Source of the DNA: Rhodospirillales bacterium
GTDB lineage: Bacteria > Pseudomonadota > Alphaproteobacteria > Bin95
Reading direction: 5' to 3'
Length of the DNA stretch: 64,000 nucleotides
NCBI GenBank assembly: GCA_038143065.1
Contig: JAYQLI010000035.1
Span: 2,464,894 to 2,528,893, forward strand
Shown piece after piece: positions 11,794 to 22,142 of the stretch (its first letter is position 1; every line of letters begins with the position of its first letter). The position numbers and the translations under genes are program-made. The notes beneath the pieces are model-generated. The model was given only the letters and a program-made list of their open reading frames with translations, did no database searches and was not told where the DNA came from.

Positions 11794-12179
11794 TTAAATT
11801 TTAGTCTCCGGTCGCCACATCAAAACACTGGCAAATTTACCAAACTTTAGAGCCCCAAAAATTAGAGACAGATAAAGAATTAATTGTGAACTTTCTCCAC
11901 CTATTGAGATGCAAACTGCAACAAGACCGCCAATTAGTGTGAGAGCAATAGCCAGGGTGCGTGGGCTTTCCTTAGTTGCCTCAAGTGGATAAGCCCAGTT
12001 TCGCCATCCCTCTACAAGTGCAACAGCAACTAATACAATAGCAGTTCGCAAATCGAACTCAAAAGCTTCCTTCGCGGCTCCAATCAAGCTCTTATCTAAA
12101 CTGACTACGATGAACCCGACGATAGGCGGAAGAAGAGACCATTTCAGAGGGCTCTAACGTCTGGACCGTGACGCTTCAT
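11794..12179 (-). CDS. Hypothetical small membrane protein (indel near 12150)
   Basis: Several hydrophobic segments; restoring one C links the ORF to an ATG overlapping the MaoC stop (TGATG). Confidence 0.55.
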
Positions 12180-13309
12180 CAAGTATTTCGGCTTGGCAAT
12201 TCCACCAAACCCGTTCCAATCACTGAGAGCTCATTATCTTGTTGGCGAGCTTCTTGTGAAATTTCAATGAGATGACGTCCTTTCTCAATACGTTTGTCTT
12301 TTACAGTCCCACGTATGACCAGGAGGTCTCCCTCGGGGTTGTGACGGCGAATTTTGCAGGACGCTTTTCGTAAAAACCCATGGTCTCCCATCCAATCAGT
12401 AAGGTGATGAGTTAACCATGAGCAGCGCTCTGGTCCGTAGTCATAAGCCCCGGGTGTTCCGACTTGTCGAGCGAATTCCTCTTCCCAATGTACACGTTCA
12501 GGGCAATCTGGAATGTTGAATTTATTTACGATTCCAAGACCAGGATGGGCATCTATTTGTTTCCATGCAATGCGATTGGCGCGAATGTAAAGGCCGCCCC
12601 ATCCCTGAGCGTACGCAATAAAACCAGTAACGGTCATAGGGCCTTTGGGCATTGTAGGTAATTCATCACCAACATTTACATCTTCCCAATATCTGGGCTC
12701 TGACCCACGAGGCTTTTCTGCTGCATAAAGATTGTAGAATTCTTCCAGCTCCTCCTTGGTGTACTGACGAACGCCTTTTTCGCGAACTTCGGTGTATTTA
12801 ACCCCGCGTTCTCTGGCTGCGTCTCGTTCTGTCCTAAAACACCAACTGTCAGCTTCAGCCAGTAGCTCATTTCGCTGATTATAGAAATCGACATGATAGA
12901 TTTGTTGGATAGCACGACCGGCAAACTTGGTATCGTGTGAAATAAGATCCTTGAGATGGGCTTCTGTTCTAATCTCATCATTTCTGCGTATTGGAGCGTG
13001 CCATGACCAGTCAGCTCCCGCCCACATAGCATGAACACCAGGGAGCCCGCCTACGTACCCCGATATAATTCTGCTTGTTGAGAATAGGAAACTGGGAAGC
13101 GCTGTTATTCCGCCAAAACGGCTTTTTTCAGCGTATTCAGGATTGCACCAAAGTGGATTGTCATCGCCAATTCCGTGAGCGTAGTGACGGATATTGTCTC
13201 GGGTTGCCTCATGGCACCATGGCTCTAAGGAGCCAACAATGGGCACGCCAATTCGCCGCTTAAGATCGTTTAAGCCATCATCGGTGATAACAGGGAAAAG
13301 ATCACTCAT
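12179..13309 (-). CDS. Double MaoC/FAS1-like hot-dog acyl-CoA (de)hydratase
   Basis: IRHYAHGIGDDNPLW, RYWEDV.VGD.LP, ERVHW; two hot-dog halves. Confidence 0.82.
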   Translation of the reverse strand: MSDLFPVITDDGLNDLKRRIGVPIVGSLEPWCHEATRDNIRHYAHGIGDDNPLWCNPEYAEKSRFGGITALPSFLFSTSRIISGYVGGLPGVHAMWAGADWSWHAPIRRNDEIRTEAHLKDLISHDTKFAGRAIQQIYHVDFYNQRNELLAEADSWCFRTERDAARERGVKYTEVREKGVRQYTKEELEEFYNLYAAEKPRGSEPRYWEDVNVGDELPTMPKGPMTVTGFIAYAQGWGGLYIRANRIAWKQIDAHPGLGIVNKFNIPDCPERVHWEEEFARQVGTPGAYDYGPERCSWLTHHLTDWMGDHGFLRKASCKIRRHNPEGDLLVIRGTVKDKRIEKGRHLIEISQEARQQDNELSVIGTGLVELPSRNT

Positions 13310-13312
13310 GTG

Positions 13313-14881
13313 TTATTTCTCTTCTGATTTCGAACGTTCTCGGTCTCTGAGAACCTTACGATTGACCTTGCCGGCCGGGGTTTTGGTAGCTCTTCAACAA
13401 ATTCAATGAGCCTCGGATATTCGTGCTGAGAGAGGCGCTCTCTGACCATATTTTGCACCTCATCCACAAGATCTAAGTTATTGCGTTTGGCAACCAGGAA
13501 AGCCTTTACTACATGCCCTCGTGTGGGATCGGGTACCCCAATACAAGCGGCTTCCAATACATCATCATGTCGAAGGATGGCATCTTCGATTTCAACAGCA
13601 CTCATAGTCCAGCCTGCTGAGATGATTACGTCGTCTGCTCGACCGCCATGGAAAAAATAACCATCATTATCCTTGCGACCAAGATCTTTAGTGGGAAACC
13701 ATTGGCCTCGCCTCTCCACAACTATCTCCCCAGTTTCGTTGGGGTTAGCTTCTGATCCATCTGGGCGATGAATACGGACATCCACACCTGGTGGTGGTTT
13801 GCCAAGAGAGCCAGGTTTCATCTCAAAATCAATTGCGCCAGGGTAGGAGACCAGTATCACTCCAACTTCCGTGGTGCCATACATGCTTCGAGGGCGTTGA
13901 TTAAGAGCAATCTCACAGAAATTTGCAGTCTCGCTATCGATAGGCTCGCCGGTGAAGGTGAGTTTTTCTAGCTTAAGGTTTTGAAGCTCCAGTTCCTCCG
14001 TATTCATCATTAGCCTGTAATGAGTTGCAGCGGCTGAGAGGTTTGTTGTGCCAAAGTCTTGCATGGCCTGAACAAGACGTTTCGGATCGAAACGGCCGGC
14101 GTAGGACATTGTCTCTACACCAAGAGCCAATGGCGCGAGAGTGCCATGCCATAATCCATGTCCCCAAGCGATGGACGAAGGGCAGCAAAAACGGTCACCA
14201 GGCCGAATGCCAGTGCCATATAATGCAGCAGACATTAAGGTTACTAAACTTCGATGCGTATGGCGGATTGCATCGGGTAGCTCACGAGTTGTGCCAGACG
14301 TATACTGAAAACAGGCAAGGTCATCTCCCTTAGTTTCCCATGAGAATTGACTTTGTTGAGCAGCCATTTGCTTTTCAAATTCAGGCCCGGTTACCCATAA
14401 CTTGAGATTTGAAAAGCCTTTCGCTATTGGCATTTTTTCAGAATTAGTGAGCAGAGCGGCTGGTTTGCAATCCTCAATCCGAAGCTTGAGGCCATCTTCC
14501 CCAAACAATGTGAATAGAGGGACTGCAATGCAGCCAGCTTTCATGCAACCAAAGAGGGCGACATAATAGGCTTCCTCTGGCTCTAACATGATAGCTACAC
14601 GCTCGCCCCGCCCGAATCCCTTCTGCTTTCAGAAGGTTTGCAAACTGATTAGAGCGCTCAGCCAATTGCTGAAATGTAAGGGTGTCATTGCGCCCATCAG
14701 CATGAACTATGCGAACGGCCACTCTTTCTGATGAAGTTGCATGTCTATCAACGCATTCATGAGCAATGTTGAAACAGTCTCTATTCCCGTCATACAGCTC
14801 CCATAGTCCTTCCGGTTTGAAATGCAGATGAGCATCGCTGTAGGTTGTGAAGTCCGTTAGCCTTACCAAGGACTGATCCAT
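13313..14881 (-). CDS. Acyl-CoA synthetase (medium-chain/acetate-CoA ligase family), indels near 14610 and 13380
   Basis: FNIAHECVDRH, YTSGTT, YGTTE, GRADD; LPKTPAGKV after repair. Confidence 0.88.
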
Positions 14882-14900
14882 TCTGCCTGTTGTCGTGAGA

Positions 14901-15398
14901 TTAGTTTCTATCTTTGGGTTGTTTGTTAGACAGGGATTCAAGGAGTACGTCTATCCTGCGGCTTTCCAGAACAACTATGCGTTCCTTGAATTTTAGCTCG
15001 GTGCCATCTTCTACCAAGCGATCAAGATATTTCCCCGCAAGGAAGAGGCTCATTTCTCCGTCTTGCATTGTTCGGATTACCTGAAAATTAGTTCGTCCTT
15101 TGATTTCGCCATTCTCTTCAGTGTAACGGGCTCGCGACAGGATGTGACAGTAGGTATGGGGCTCGAAGATATTAGCAGTACGAAGAGCTAATACTCGATC
15201 TCTCATCATGCCTGCGGTGTTGCAATAAAATATACCCATAGGTAAGCCAGCTTCGTGGTTTTCACGGGTTACAATTTTATAAATTGCATCCTCGGTGAAA
15301 TAGCCAGGCCACGCCTCGAGGTCGCCGTCATCAAGTGTATGAGTGTAGTCAGCCTGGAAGTCATCCAACCGCTCACGAAGATCGTCATCTATCACCAT
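14901..15398 (-). CDS. Aromatic ring-hydroxylating oxygenase beta subunit (TphA3/AndAd/NagH family); probable indel near 14940
   Basis: WPGYF, RENH..G, DRV.ALR.ANI; C-terminus becomes LLVIPV* if one T is restored. Confidence 0.9.
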   Translation of the reverse strand: MVIDDDLRERLDDFQADYTHTLDDGDLEAWPGYFTEDAIYKIVTRENHEAGLPMGIFYCNTAGMMRDRVLALRTANIFEPHTYCHILSRARYTEENGEIKGRTNFQVIRTMQDGEMSLFLAGKYLDRLVEDGTELKFKERIVVLESRRIDVLLESLSNKQPKDRN

Positions 15399-16655
15399 TA
15401 GAAGCCCATAATTCTGCGGTAACCTGTCCAGAAACCTCGTATGGCGGCCTCAGTCGCGCGAGAATTTTCGGAGCTTTCCGCATCTCGGCCACCATTTCCA
15501 TAAAGGCGCGTTTATCTTCCGAACCTCGAGCGCCGCGCTGAACAAAATTGTTAATGCAACCGTCCTCCATTGAAACAAGGCCAGAAGACCCAGTCAGGTT
15601 CACTTGCATAACACGTTTTTCAGTCTCTTCAGGAGTGTCATCTTCATAGCCAAGGTAGATCCAGAAAAGCTCTGTTTTATCTTGGCCGCGTGGCAAATAA
15701 TGCCGCACGCATAGTGAATTCAAGGTAAAGTGTATGCAGAGGTTTGGAAAAAACGCTTGAATAGAATGAGTGATGCCATCATCAAACTCATCCCAAGTAT
15801 CTAAGAGCTGAGGGCCCTCTAACTTATTTTCATATTGAGCAGAGTGGACTCCAGCGTTTTTATATTCTTCGTCTTCGTTGAAGGTTTTGCGTTTTGCATA
15901 AGAAATGTGATGCCACTTGTCTGGAGCAATGATAATGCCGCCATCCATATCAAGGCGGTTTACCTTAAAGGTTGTGTAAAATGTGTGGAGCAGCGTTGCA
16001 TGATAGGCATCGCGAAGATTCTCGGCGTACAACATCCAATTATTGTGGATGATTTGGCTCTGTACACCGAGAGGTTTAAGCTTCCGTCCAAGGTTTCGGC
16101 GGACAAAGTCCGCCATTGTTTTTCCAAGAAAATCCTCGACTGGTGGAGTTTCGTCGGAAAAAGTTCGAAAACCATTCCGCAGAAAACTTCCACCCTTACA
16201 GGTTGCAACCGATGCTGGTTCATGTCGAAGTCATCAGGCATGCCGCCCTTGCCACCGACGCCGTTTTTGAAGGCAAGGCCAATAAGTTTGCCGTCTAATC
16301 CATAATTCCAGGAATGATATACGCAGGTTAGTGCTTTGGCGTTACCACGTTCTTTTAAGCAAACCAGAGCGCCTTTGTGAGCGCATCTATTGACCATAGC
16401 ATTTACGGTGCCCGTGCGATCGCGGGTAACAATCACAGGAGTTTCACCGACAAAAGTTGTCTTGAAGTCCCCCGGCTCAGCTACATCGAATTCCATGCAA
16501 AGGAAATTCCAGACGGGCCCTTTGAAAATTTTCTCTTGTTCTAGTTTGTAGATTTCAGGATCGAAAAATAATCGGTAAGGAATCCGCGAGATGCCTTCCT
16601 TTGGCCAAATGAAGGGTTCGGACAACTCTTCTTGGTTTTGCTTGTTTGCTAACAT
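15398..16655 (-). CDS. Rieske ring-hydroxylating oxygenase alpha subunit, terephthalate/anthranilate/salicylate group (indels near 16165 and 15490)
   Basis: Rieske CAH..CVYH, ENLRDAYHATLLH iron ligands, SMED; repaired C-terminus GGRDAESSENSRATEAAIRGFW; TAATG overlap with the beta gene. Confidence 0.92.
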
Positions 16656-16657
16656 TT

Positions 16658-17580
16658 TCAATCCTCTAAACCGTCTCGAGGGCCAAGTTTAACGCCCGCC
16701 ATTTTTTCGTAAAGCGTGATAACGCTCGAACTATCCAATTTGCCCAGGCCATTTGCCTTTGCCATCTGAAAGATCTAGAGGCTAACATTAGCTAAGAACA
16801 TTGGCACCCCCAAATGCTTGGCAAAGTCTGTTTGAAGTGTTTGGTCTTTAATGGTTATGTCTATGGTGCCCCCTGGCCGAAAGTCGCCTTTGATAAATTG
16901 TGGTGCGCGCATTTCGAGTGCGGTGGATGCGCCTGTTGATACCCGCATCACTTCAAACATGGCCTGAGGGTCCAGGCCGGCCTTAGCACCCATCACGAAT
17001 GCTTCAGCAAGAGCTGCGGTTGTTGTCTGGATCATCATGTTGTTTACATGTTTCATGGCCAATCCTTGGCCAATTTCACCCATATGGAATATTCGTGATG
17101 AATAGGCTTCGATGATTGGTCGAACTTTCTCGAGGGTTTCAGCTTTTCCTCCAATAATTGCCGATAGATCGCCCTCATCAGCCCTTTTCCAGCCGCCAGA
17201 TACAGGAGCGTCTAGTATACCAACTCCTTTGTCCGCTAAAATTTTATCCCAGCTTTTTACAGCTGTGGGATCATTGTGGCTGATGAGATCACCACGTCTC
17301 CCTGACGGAGAGCTGGAAGAAATCCATTCTCACCCATGATAACTTCTTCAGACTGAGCGGTTGTCTCCACCATACAGATCAGTATTGCGGCCTTATCAGC
17401 TACTTCACGCGCGGAAAAAGCACGCCCGGCACCTTTTGAGACAATGTCATCTAATGCGGTTTTGTCTAAATCAAAAGCAATGACTGGATGACCTTTTTTT
17501 ATGATGTTTCCGGCCATTCCTCCACCCATGACGCCGACGCCAACAATGCCTATCGTTGATCCTCTATTCCCCTCAGCCAT
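16658..17580 (-). CDS. Beta-hydroxyacid dehydrogenase family protein (indel near 17265, in-frame TAG at 16775)
   Basis: GVGVMG, DAPVSGG, MKHVNN, KD motifs; family-like sequence continues past the TAG to TGA at 16658. Confidence 0.82.
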
Positions 17581-17796
17581 GCTTTTGTTCCTTTCAAGTC
17601 AGTCATCTGCATTTCAAAGAGAGAATGCCGAAATGCAAGCTTTGGTACTTTACGACGGGAATACTCCTGTCTAGGCTTTGAATCTTTCACACCCAACTGA
17701 CGTGTTTGGTTGGGTGGTTCGCTACAGGTACTGAAGAGAAAAGGGCGCGTCATAGACGCTACAGCCAGCAGCATAACAACTGAGGAGGAAACGCAT

Positions 17797-18954
17797 ATGC
17801 GTAAAGCAATGATCTCAATTGCAGTTTCTGCGGTTGCTGCTGCTGGAATAGCAGCAGGTGCTGTAGCTGCAGAAGTTAAACTGCCAAAAAATCTCTCGTG
17901 GACAGCCTATGGAACAACATCGTCCGGTTATGCCCAGTCAGTAGGACTGGGGAATATGTTGAAGGCAAAGTACGGCACTGAGGTTCGTATTATTCCTGGG
18001 AAAAACGATGTATCCCGTATGCTGCCTTTAAAGGCTGGTCAGGCTGAATTGTGCGCATGTGGTATTGCCGCTTACTTCAGTGGTGAAGGCGTTTTAATGT
18101 TTGCTGATGAAAAGTGGGGGCCGCAGCCATTGCGAAACCTTTTCAATAATAACGGTAGACATGGAACCGTTAGTGCGGCCATTGCTGATGACGTTGGTGT
18201 TAAGTCCTTACAAGACCTTAAAGGTAAGCGTGTCGCGTGGGTGAAAGGTTCGCCAGCTCTTCAAACAAACATGACTTCCATTCTCGCTTATGCGGGGCTT
18301 ACTTGGGACGAAGTCGTCAAAGTAGAGGTTCCAGGCTACGGCCAGTCCATGCAAGCCATTCTTGATGGCCAAGCTGATGTGGCCATGGGAAGCTCTATAT
18401 CTTCAATTTATAACCAGATTGCAGCTAGCCCCCGAGGCTTGTTTGTTCCTAACTTCCCGCACAGCGATAAGGAAGCGTGGGCAAGAATGAACAAAGTTGC
18501 ACCTTATGTCGCCAAAACTAAGGTGGAGCTTGCCATCAACGGTGAAAACAATCCTTCTGGAAAGCTTCCTTATGAAGGAGCTGGATATGCGTATCCAATT
18601 TTCGTTAGCTTGGCTCGAGTTAGTGATGATGTAGCCTATGGTTTAACCAAAGCCGTCATGGACAACTATGAGAGCTTTAAGGATGCTGGTCCTGGTATGG
18701 ACGGTTACAAGGTTGAAAATCAGAACTTCCAATGGGCTTTTCCATATCACACTGGCGCAATTCAGTACTACAAGGAGGCAGGAGTTTGGACTGCGGAAGA
18801 CCAAGCTCATACCGACATGTTGTTGAAGCGTGAATCAATCTTGGCTAATGCCTGGAAGAAAACTAAGAGCGAAGGTTTCAGTAGTGCTAAATGGCTTGCC
18901 AACCGTTCAGCTGCTCTGAAAGCAGCTGGAATGGATGCTCCATTCAGCGAATAA
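17797..18954 (+). CDS. TAXI-family TRAP transporter solute-binding subunit
   Basis: GAGGAGG RBS, signal peptide, DLKGKRV, PYHTGAIQYYKEAG. Confidence 0.92.
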   Translation: MRKAMISIAVSAVAAAGIAAGAVAAEVKLPKNLSWTAYGTTSSGYAQSVGLGNMLKAKYGTEVRIIPGKNDVSRMLPLKAGQAELCACGIAAYFSGEGVLMFADEKWGPQPLRNLFNNNGRHGTVSAAIADDVGVKSLQDLKGKRVAWVKGSPALQTNMTSILAYAGLTWDEVVKVEVPGYGQSMQAILDGQADVAMGSSISSIYNQIAASPRGLFVPNFPHSDKEAWARMNKVAPYVAKTKVELAINGENNPSGKLPYEGAGYAYPIFVSLARVSDDVAYGLTKAVMDNYESFKDAGPGMDGYKVENQNFQWAFPYHTGAIQYYKEAGVWTAEDQAHTDMLLKRESILANAWKKTKSEGFSSAKWLANRSAALKAAGMDAPFSE

Positions 18955-18991
18955 ACATAATCTTTGGCCTCAAGGTCTTAGATGCAAGTGG

Positions 18992-19025
18992 ATCGGGCGC
19001 AGTTTTCTGCGCCCGATTTGCTTTG
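18992..19025 (+). terminator. Hairpin terminator/stabiliser after the TAXI gene
   Basis: Perfect 11-bp stem ATCGGGCGCAG-TTTT-CTGCGCCCGAT followed by T-rich tail. Confidence 0.7.
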
Positions 19026-19241
19026 TAGGTTCATCATTGGTCCAAGCACTTTTCTAAAATCTGTCAAATTGATGTTTCTAAGCTTTACGGTGCTTAAGAA
19101 CACCAATACGATTTCTCAAATAAAAAATGTAGGACGAGGAGTTTTCCGGAGCAAATCGCCTGCGAATAAAAAAGCGTCGTCAAAGACTGGTGTTAAGCCG
19201 GCACATTTATTTAAAGCGCTATACACACGGGGAAGAGTCTT

Positions 19242-21283
19242 ATGAACGCGAATAATCAACCAGATCAAGCTATTACCGCCGAAGAAGCCGTAGAGCAGTC
19301 AGAGGTTAATGTTAGCCGCCATCGTCAGCTTTCAAAGTTTTGGTGGACCTGGCTTTTAATCGCATCCATTGGTTCAGTCCTTGTATCGATTTATGTGATT
19401 TTTGGTCTCGGAAATCGATTGGGAGCCTACGTTCCTCTAGAGACCGAGTATTTTTATGTAATGCTTGGCATGTTGTTGCCGCTTGTCTTTTGCTGTTTCC
19501 ATTCAAGTCGTTGGCGCCTGGGTCGGTAGAGTCAGGGAATGTGCCTTGGTATGATATTTTGTTGGCGGCTATTACAATTGCTTTGTCCGTCTATTTTGTT
19601 CTGCACGGCGAAGAAATTTTACAAGATGGTTGGGAGTATTTGCCTCCGGATACGGCAGAGTACTGCGCCTATGCGATGTGGTTGATCGTGTTGGAAGCAA
19701 CAAGGCGAACGGGTGGTACAGCTATCTTTGTCATCTGCCTGATATTTTCTGTTTATCCCGTATTCGCAGATGTAATGCCTGGTGTTTTGCAGGGCCAGCC
19801 AACAAGTTGGACTATCACGTCGGCTTTTTACATTTATGGCACAGAAGGCGTTCTTGGTATTCCTATGCGGGCTTTTGCCAATCTTGTGGTTGGTTTCCTC
19901 GTCTTTGGCGTTGCATTGCAATATACCGGTGGAGGGGCTTTTTTCCTCAATCTAGCATTTGCATTGTTGGGTAAATTTCGAGGCGGTCCTGCAAAAGTTG
20001 CAATCTTTTCTTCAGGTCTCATGGGTTCCATGTCGGGGTCCGTTATCACAAACGTCCTAACTACGGGTGTTATGACAATTCCGGCGATGAAAAGGGTTGG
20101 TTTTCGCTCGACCTATGCCGGAGGTGTCGAAGCCTGTGCATCAACAGGTGGTGTTCTCATGCCTCCAGTGATGGGTGCAACAGCATTCGTGATGGCGACG
20201 TTCTTAGAAGTCTCTTACGCAGAAATTGTGATCGCAGCGGTATTTCCTTCTCTGCTCTATTACTTCGGCCTTTTCATGCAGATTGATGCTTATTCGGCTC
20301 GCTACGGTCTTAAGGGTTTGCCTGTGGTTGAGCTTCCAAAAATTATGGATGTGCTTAAGACCGGATGGTACTTCATATTTGTTTTGGCAATGCTGGTGGT
20401 GATGCTTCTATACATGCTGCGTGAGGCGCAGGCACCTTATTACGCCACTGTGACGCTTTTAATTATTAATCAGCTATCACGGCACCATCGTTGGAACATA
20501 GCGCGTCTTATGGATTTCTTGATGGGTGTGGGCAAACTTTTTACAGAGCTGGCAGGCCTTTTGGCAGGTGTTGGACTCATTATTGGTGCTCTGATGCTCT
20601 CTGGAAAAATTGGCAGCCTAGCGTTCGACTTGGTTCAATTGGCGGGAGAAAATATATTCTTACTGCTCATAATGGGAGCAGTAACTAGCTTTATACTTGG
20701 CATAGGTATGACAGTGACAGCTGCTTATTTGTTCCTCGCAGTCACTGTCGGTCCTGCTCTCATCCAAGGTGGCTTGGATAAAATAGCCGTGCACCTTTTC
20801 CTTCTATACTGGGGAATGATTTCATTCATCACGCCGCCAGTTGCAATAGGCGCTTTCGCGGCGGCGACTGTGGCGCAGTCCAATCCAATGAAAACTGGTC
20901 TGGAGGCCATGCGGCTTGGCAGTATTATCTATTTTGTTCCCTTTTTCTTCGTTCTCAATCCTGCCTTGATAGGTAGAGGTGAACCAATGGAAGTTTTGGT
21001 GACATTTGGTGCGGCTGTTATTGGTGTCATTTTAGTGGCGGCCGCTCTCCAGGGCTACCTTGTTGGCGTGGGTCGGTTAGGAGCTGCTGATAATCCAGTG
21101 AGTTGGATTTGTCGCTTATTATTAATGGCGGCTGGAGTACTTATGATGATGCCTGGTGGCGATCTTGTGGGTGTTGAACATGCTACCCTTAACGTGATTG
21201 CTGCTGTTCTAGCTGTGGTCTCCGTGATCTTAGCTCGTCTTTTCCGTCGTCGACAATTGGCGGGTGGCATGCAAGAGGAGTAG
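19242..21283 (+). CDS. TRAP transporter fused 4TM/12TM permease (indel near 19490)
   Basis: GGPAKVA, GVEACASTGG.LMPPVMGA, ITPPVA motifs. Confidence 0.92.
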
Positions 21284-21287
21284 CTAA

Positions 21288-22142
21288 GTGGTTGGCGAAG
21301 TTTGGCGCATCGGCGACATAAAAATTAGTCGGATCGTCGAGATTGAAGCGACGGGTGGAATGACGCGTATAATTCCAGATGCTACCCGTGAGCGAGTGAT
21401 GGGTATTCGTTGGCTTTATCCAAATTTTGCTGACGAAGATGGGCGGATGCGTGGTGCTATTCACGCTCTTCTGGTTGAAACACCAGACATGAGCATCCTT
21501 GTTGATACGTGTATTGGTAACGACAAAGATAGAACTGTCCCTGCTTGGAATCATCTGCAAACAGATTTTCTTGATGATTTGAAAACTGCTGGGAAGGCCC
21601 GTGAGGAGATTGATCGGGTTCTTTGCACGCACTTGCACACGGATCATGTTGGTTGGAATACGATGTGGACGGGGTCGGAATGGGTCCCAACATTTCCAAA
21701 CGCACGATATCTCTACGGCGCAAAAGAATTTAGGTTCTGGCAAGAATCTGCTGAGGATGGTCAGGCTCAGGTTATGCAGGATAGCGTGTTACCCGTTTGG
21801 AATGCCGGTTTAGTCGATCTTGTGGAACAAGACGAAAAAATCTGTCCAGAGATAACTCTGATCCCGTCTCCTGGCCATACTCCAGGGCACGTGAGTGTAT
21901 TAATTGAAAGTGAGGGGCAAAGCGCTCTTATCACAGGAGATTTTCTGCATCATCCTGTGCAGATGGCTCATCCAGAATGGTCTAGTTCACCGGATGTAGA
22001 TCGCCCTCAGGCCATTCAAACTAGGAAGATCATGTATAACCGCTTTGCAGATGGCCCGACCCTCATAATAGGGACCCATTTTGCTACCCCTACAGCGGGT
22101 TACATCAAGAAAGATGGTGATGCCTGGCGATTAGAGGTTTAA
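21288..22142 (+). CDS. MBL-fold metallo-hydrolase
   Basis: THLHTDHVG, GHTPGH, GD..H, final H. Confidence 0.9.
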   Translation: MVGEVWRIGDIKISRIVEIEATGGMTRIIPDATRERVMGIRWLYPNFADEDGRMRGAIHALLVETPDMSILVDTCIGNDKDRTVPAWNHLQTDFLDDLKTAGKAREEIDRVLCTHLHTDHVGWNTMWTGSEWVPTFPNARYLYGAKEFRFWQESAEDGQAQVMQDSVLPVWNAGLVDLVEQDEKICPEITLIPSPGHTPGHVSVLIESEGQSALITGDFLHHPVQMAHPEWSSSPDVDRPQAIQTRKIMYNRFADGPTLIIGTHFATPTAGYIKKDGDAWRLEV

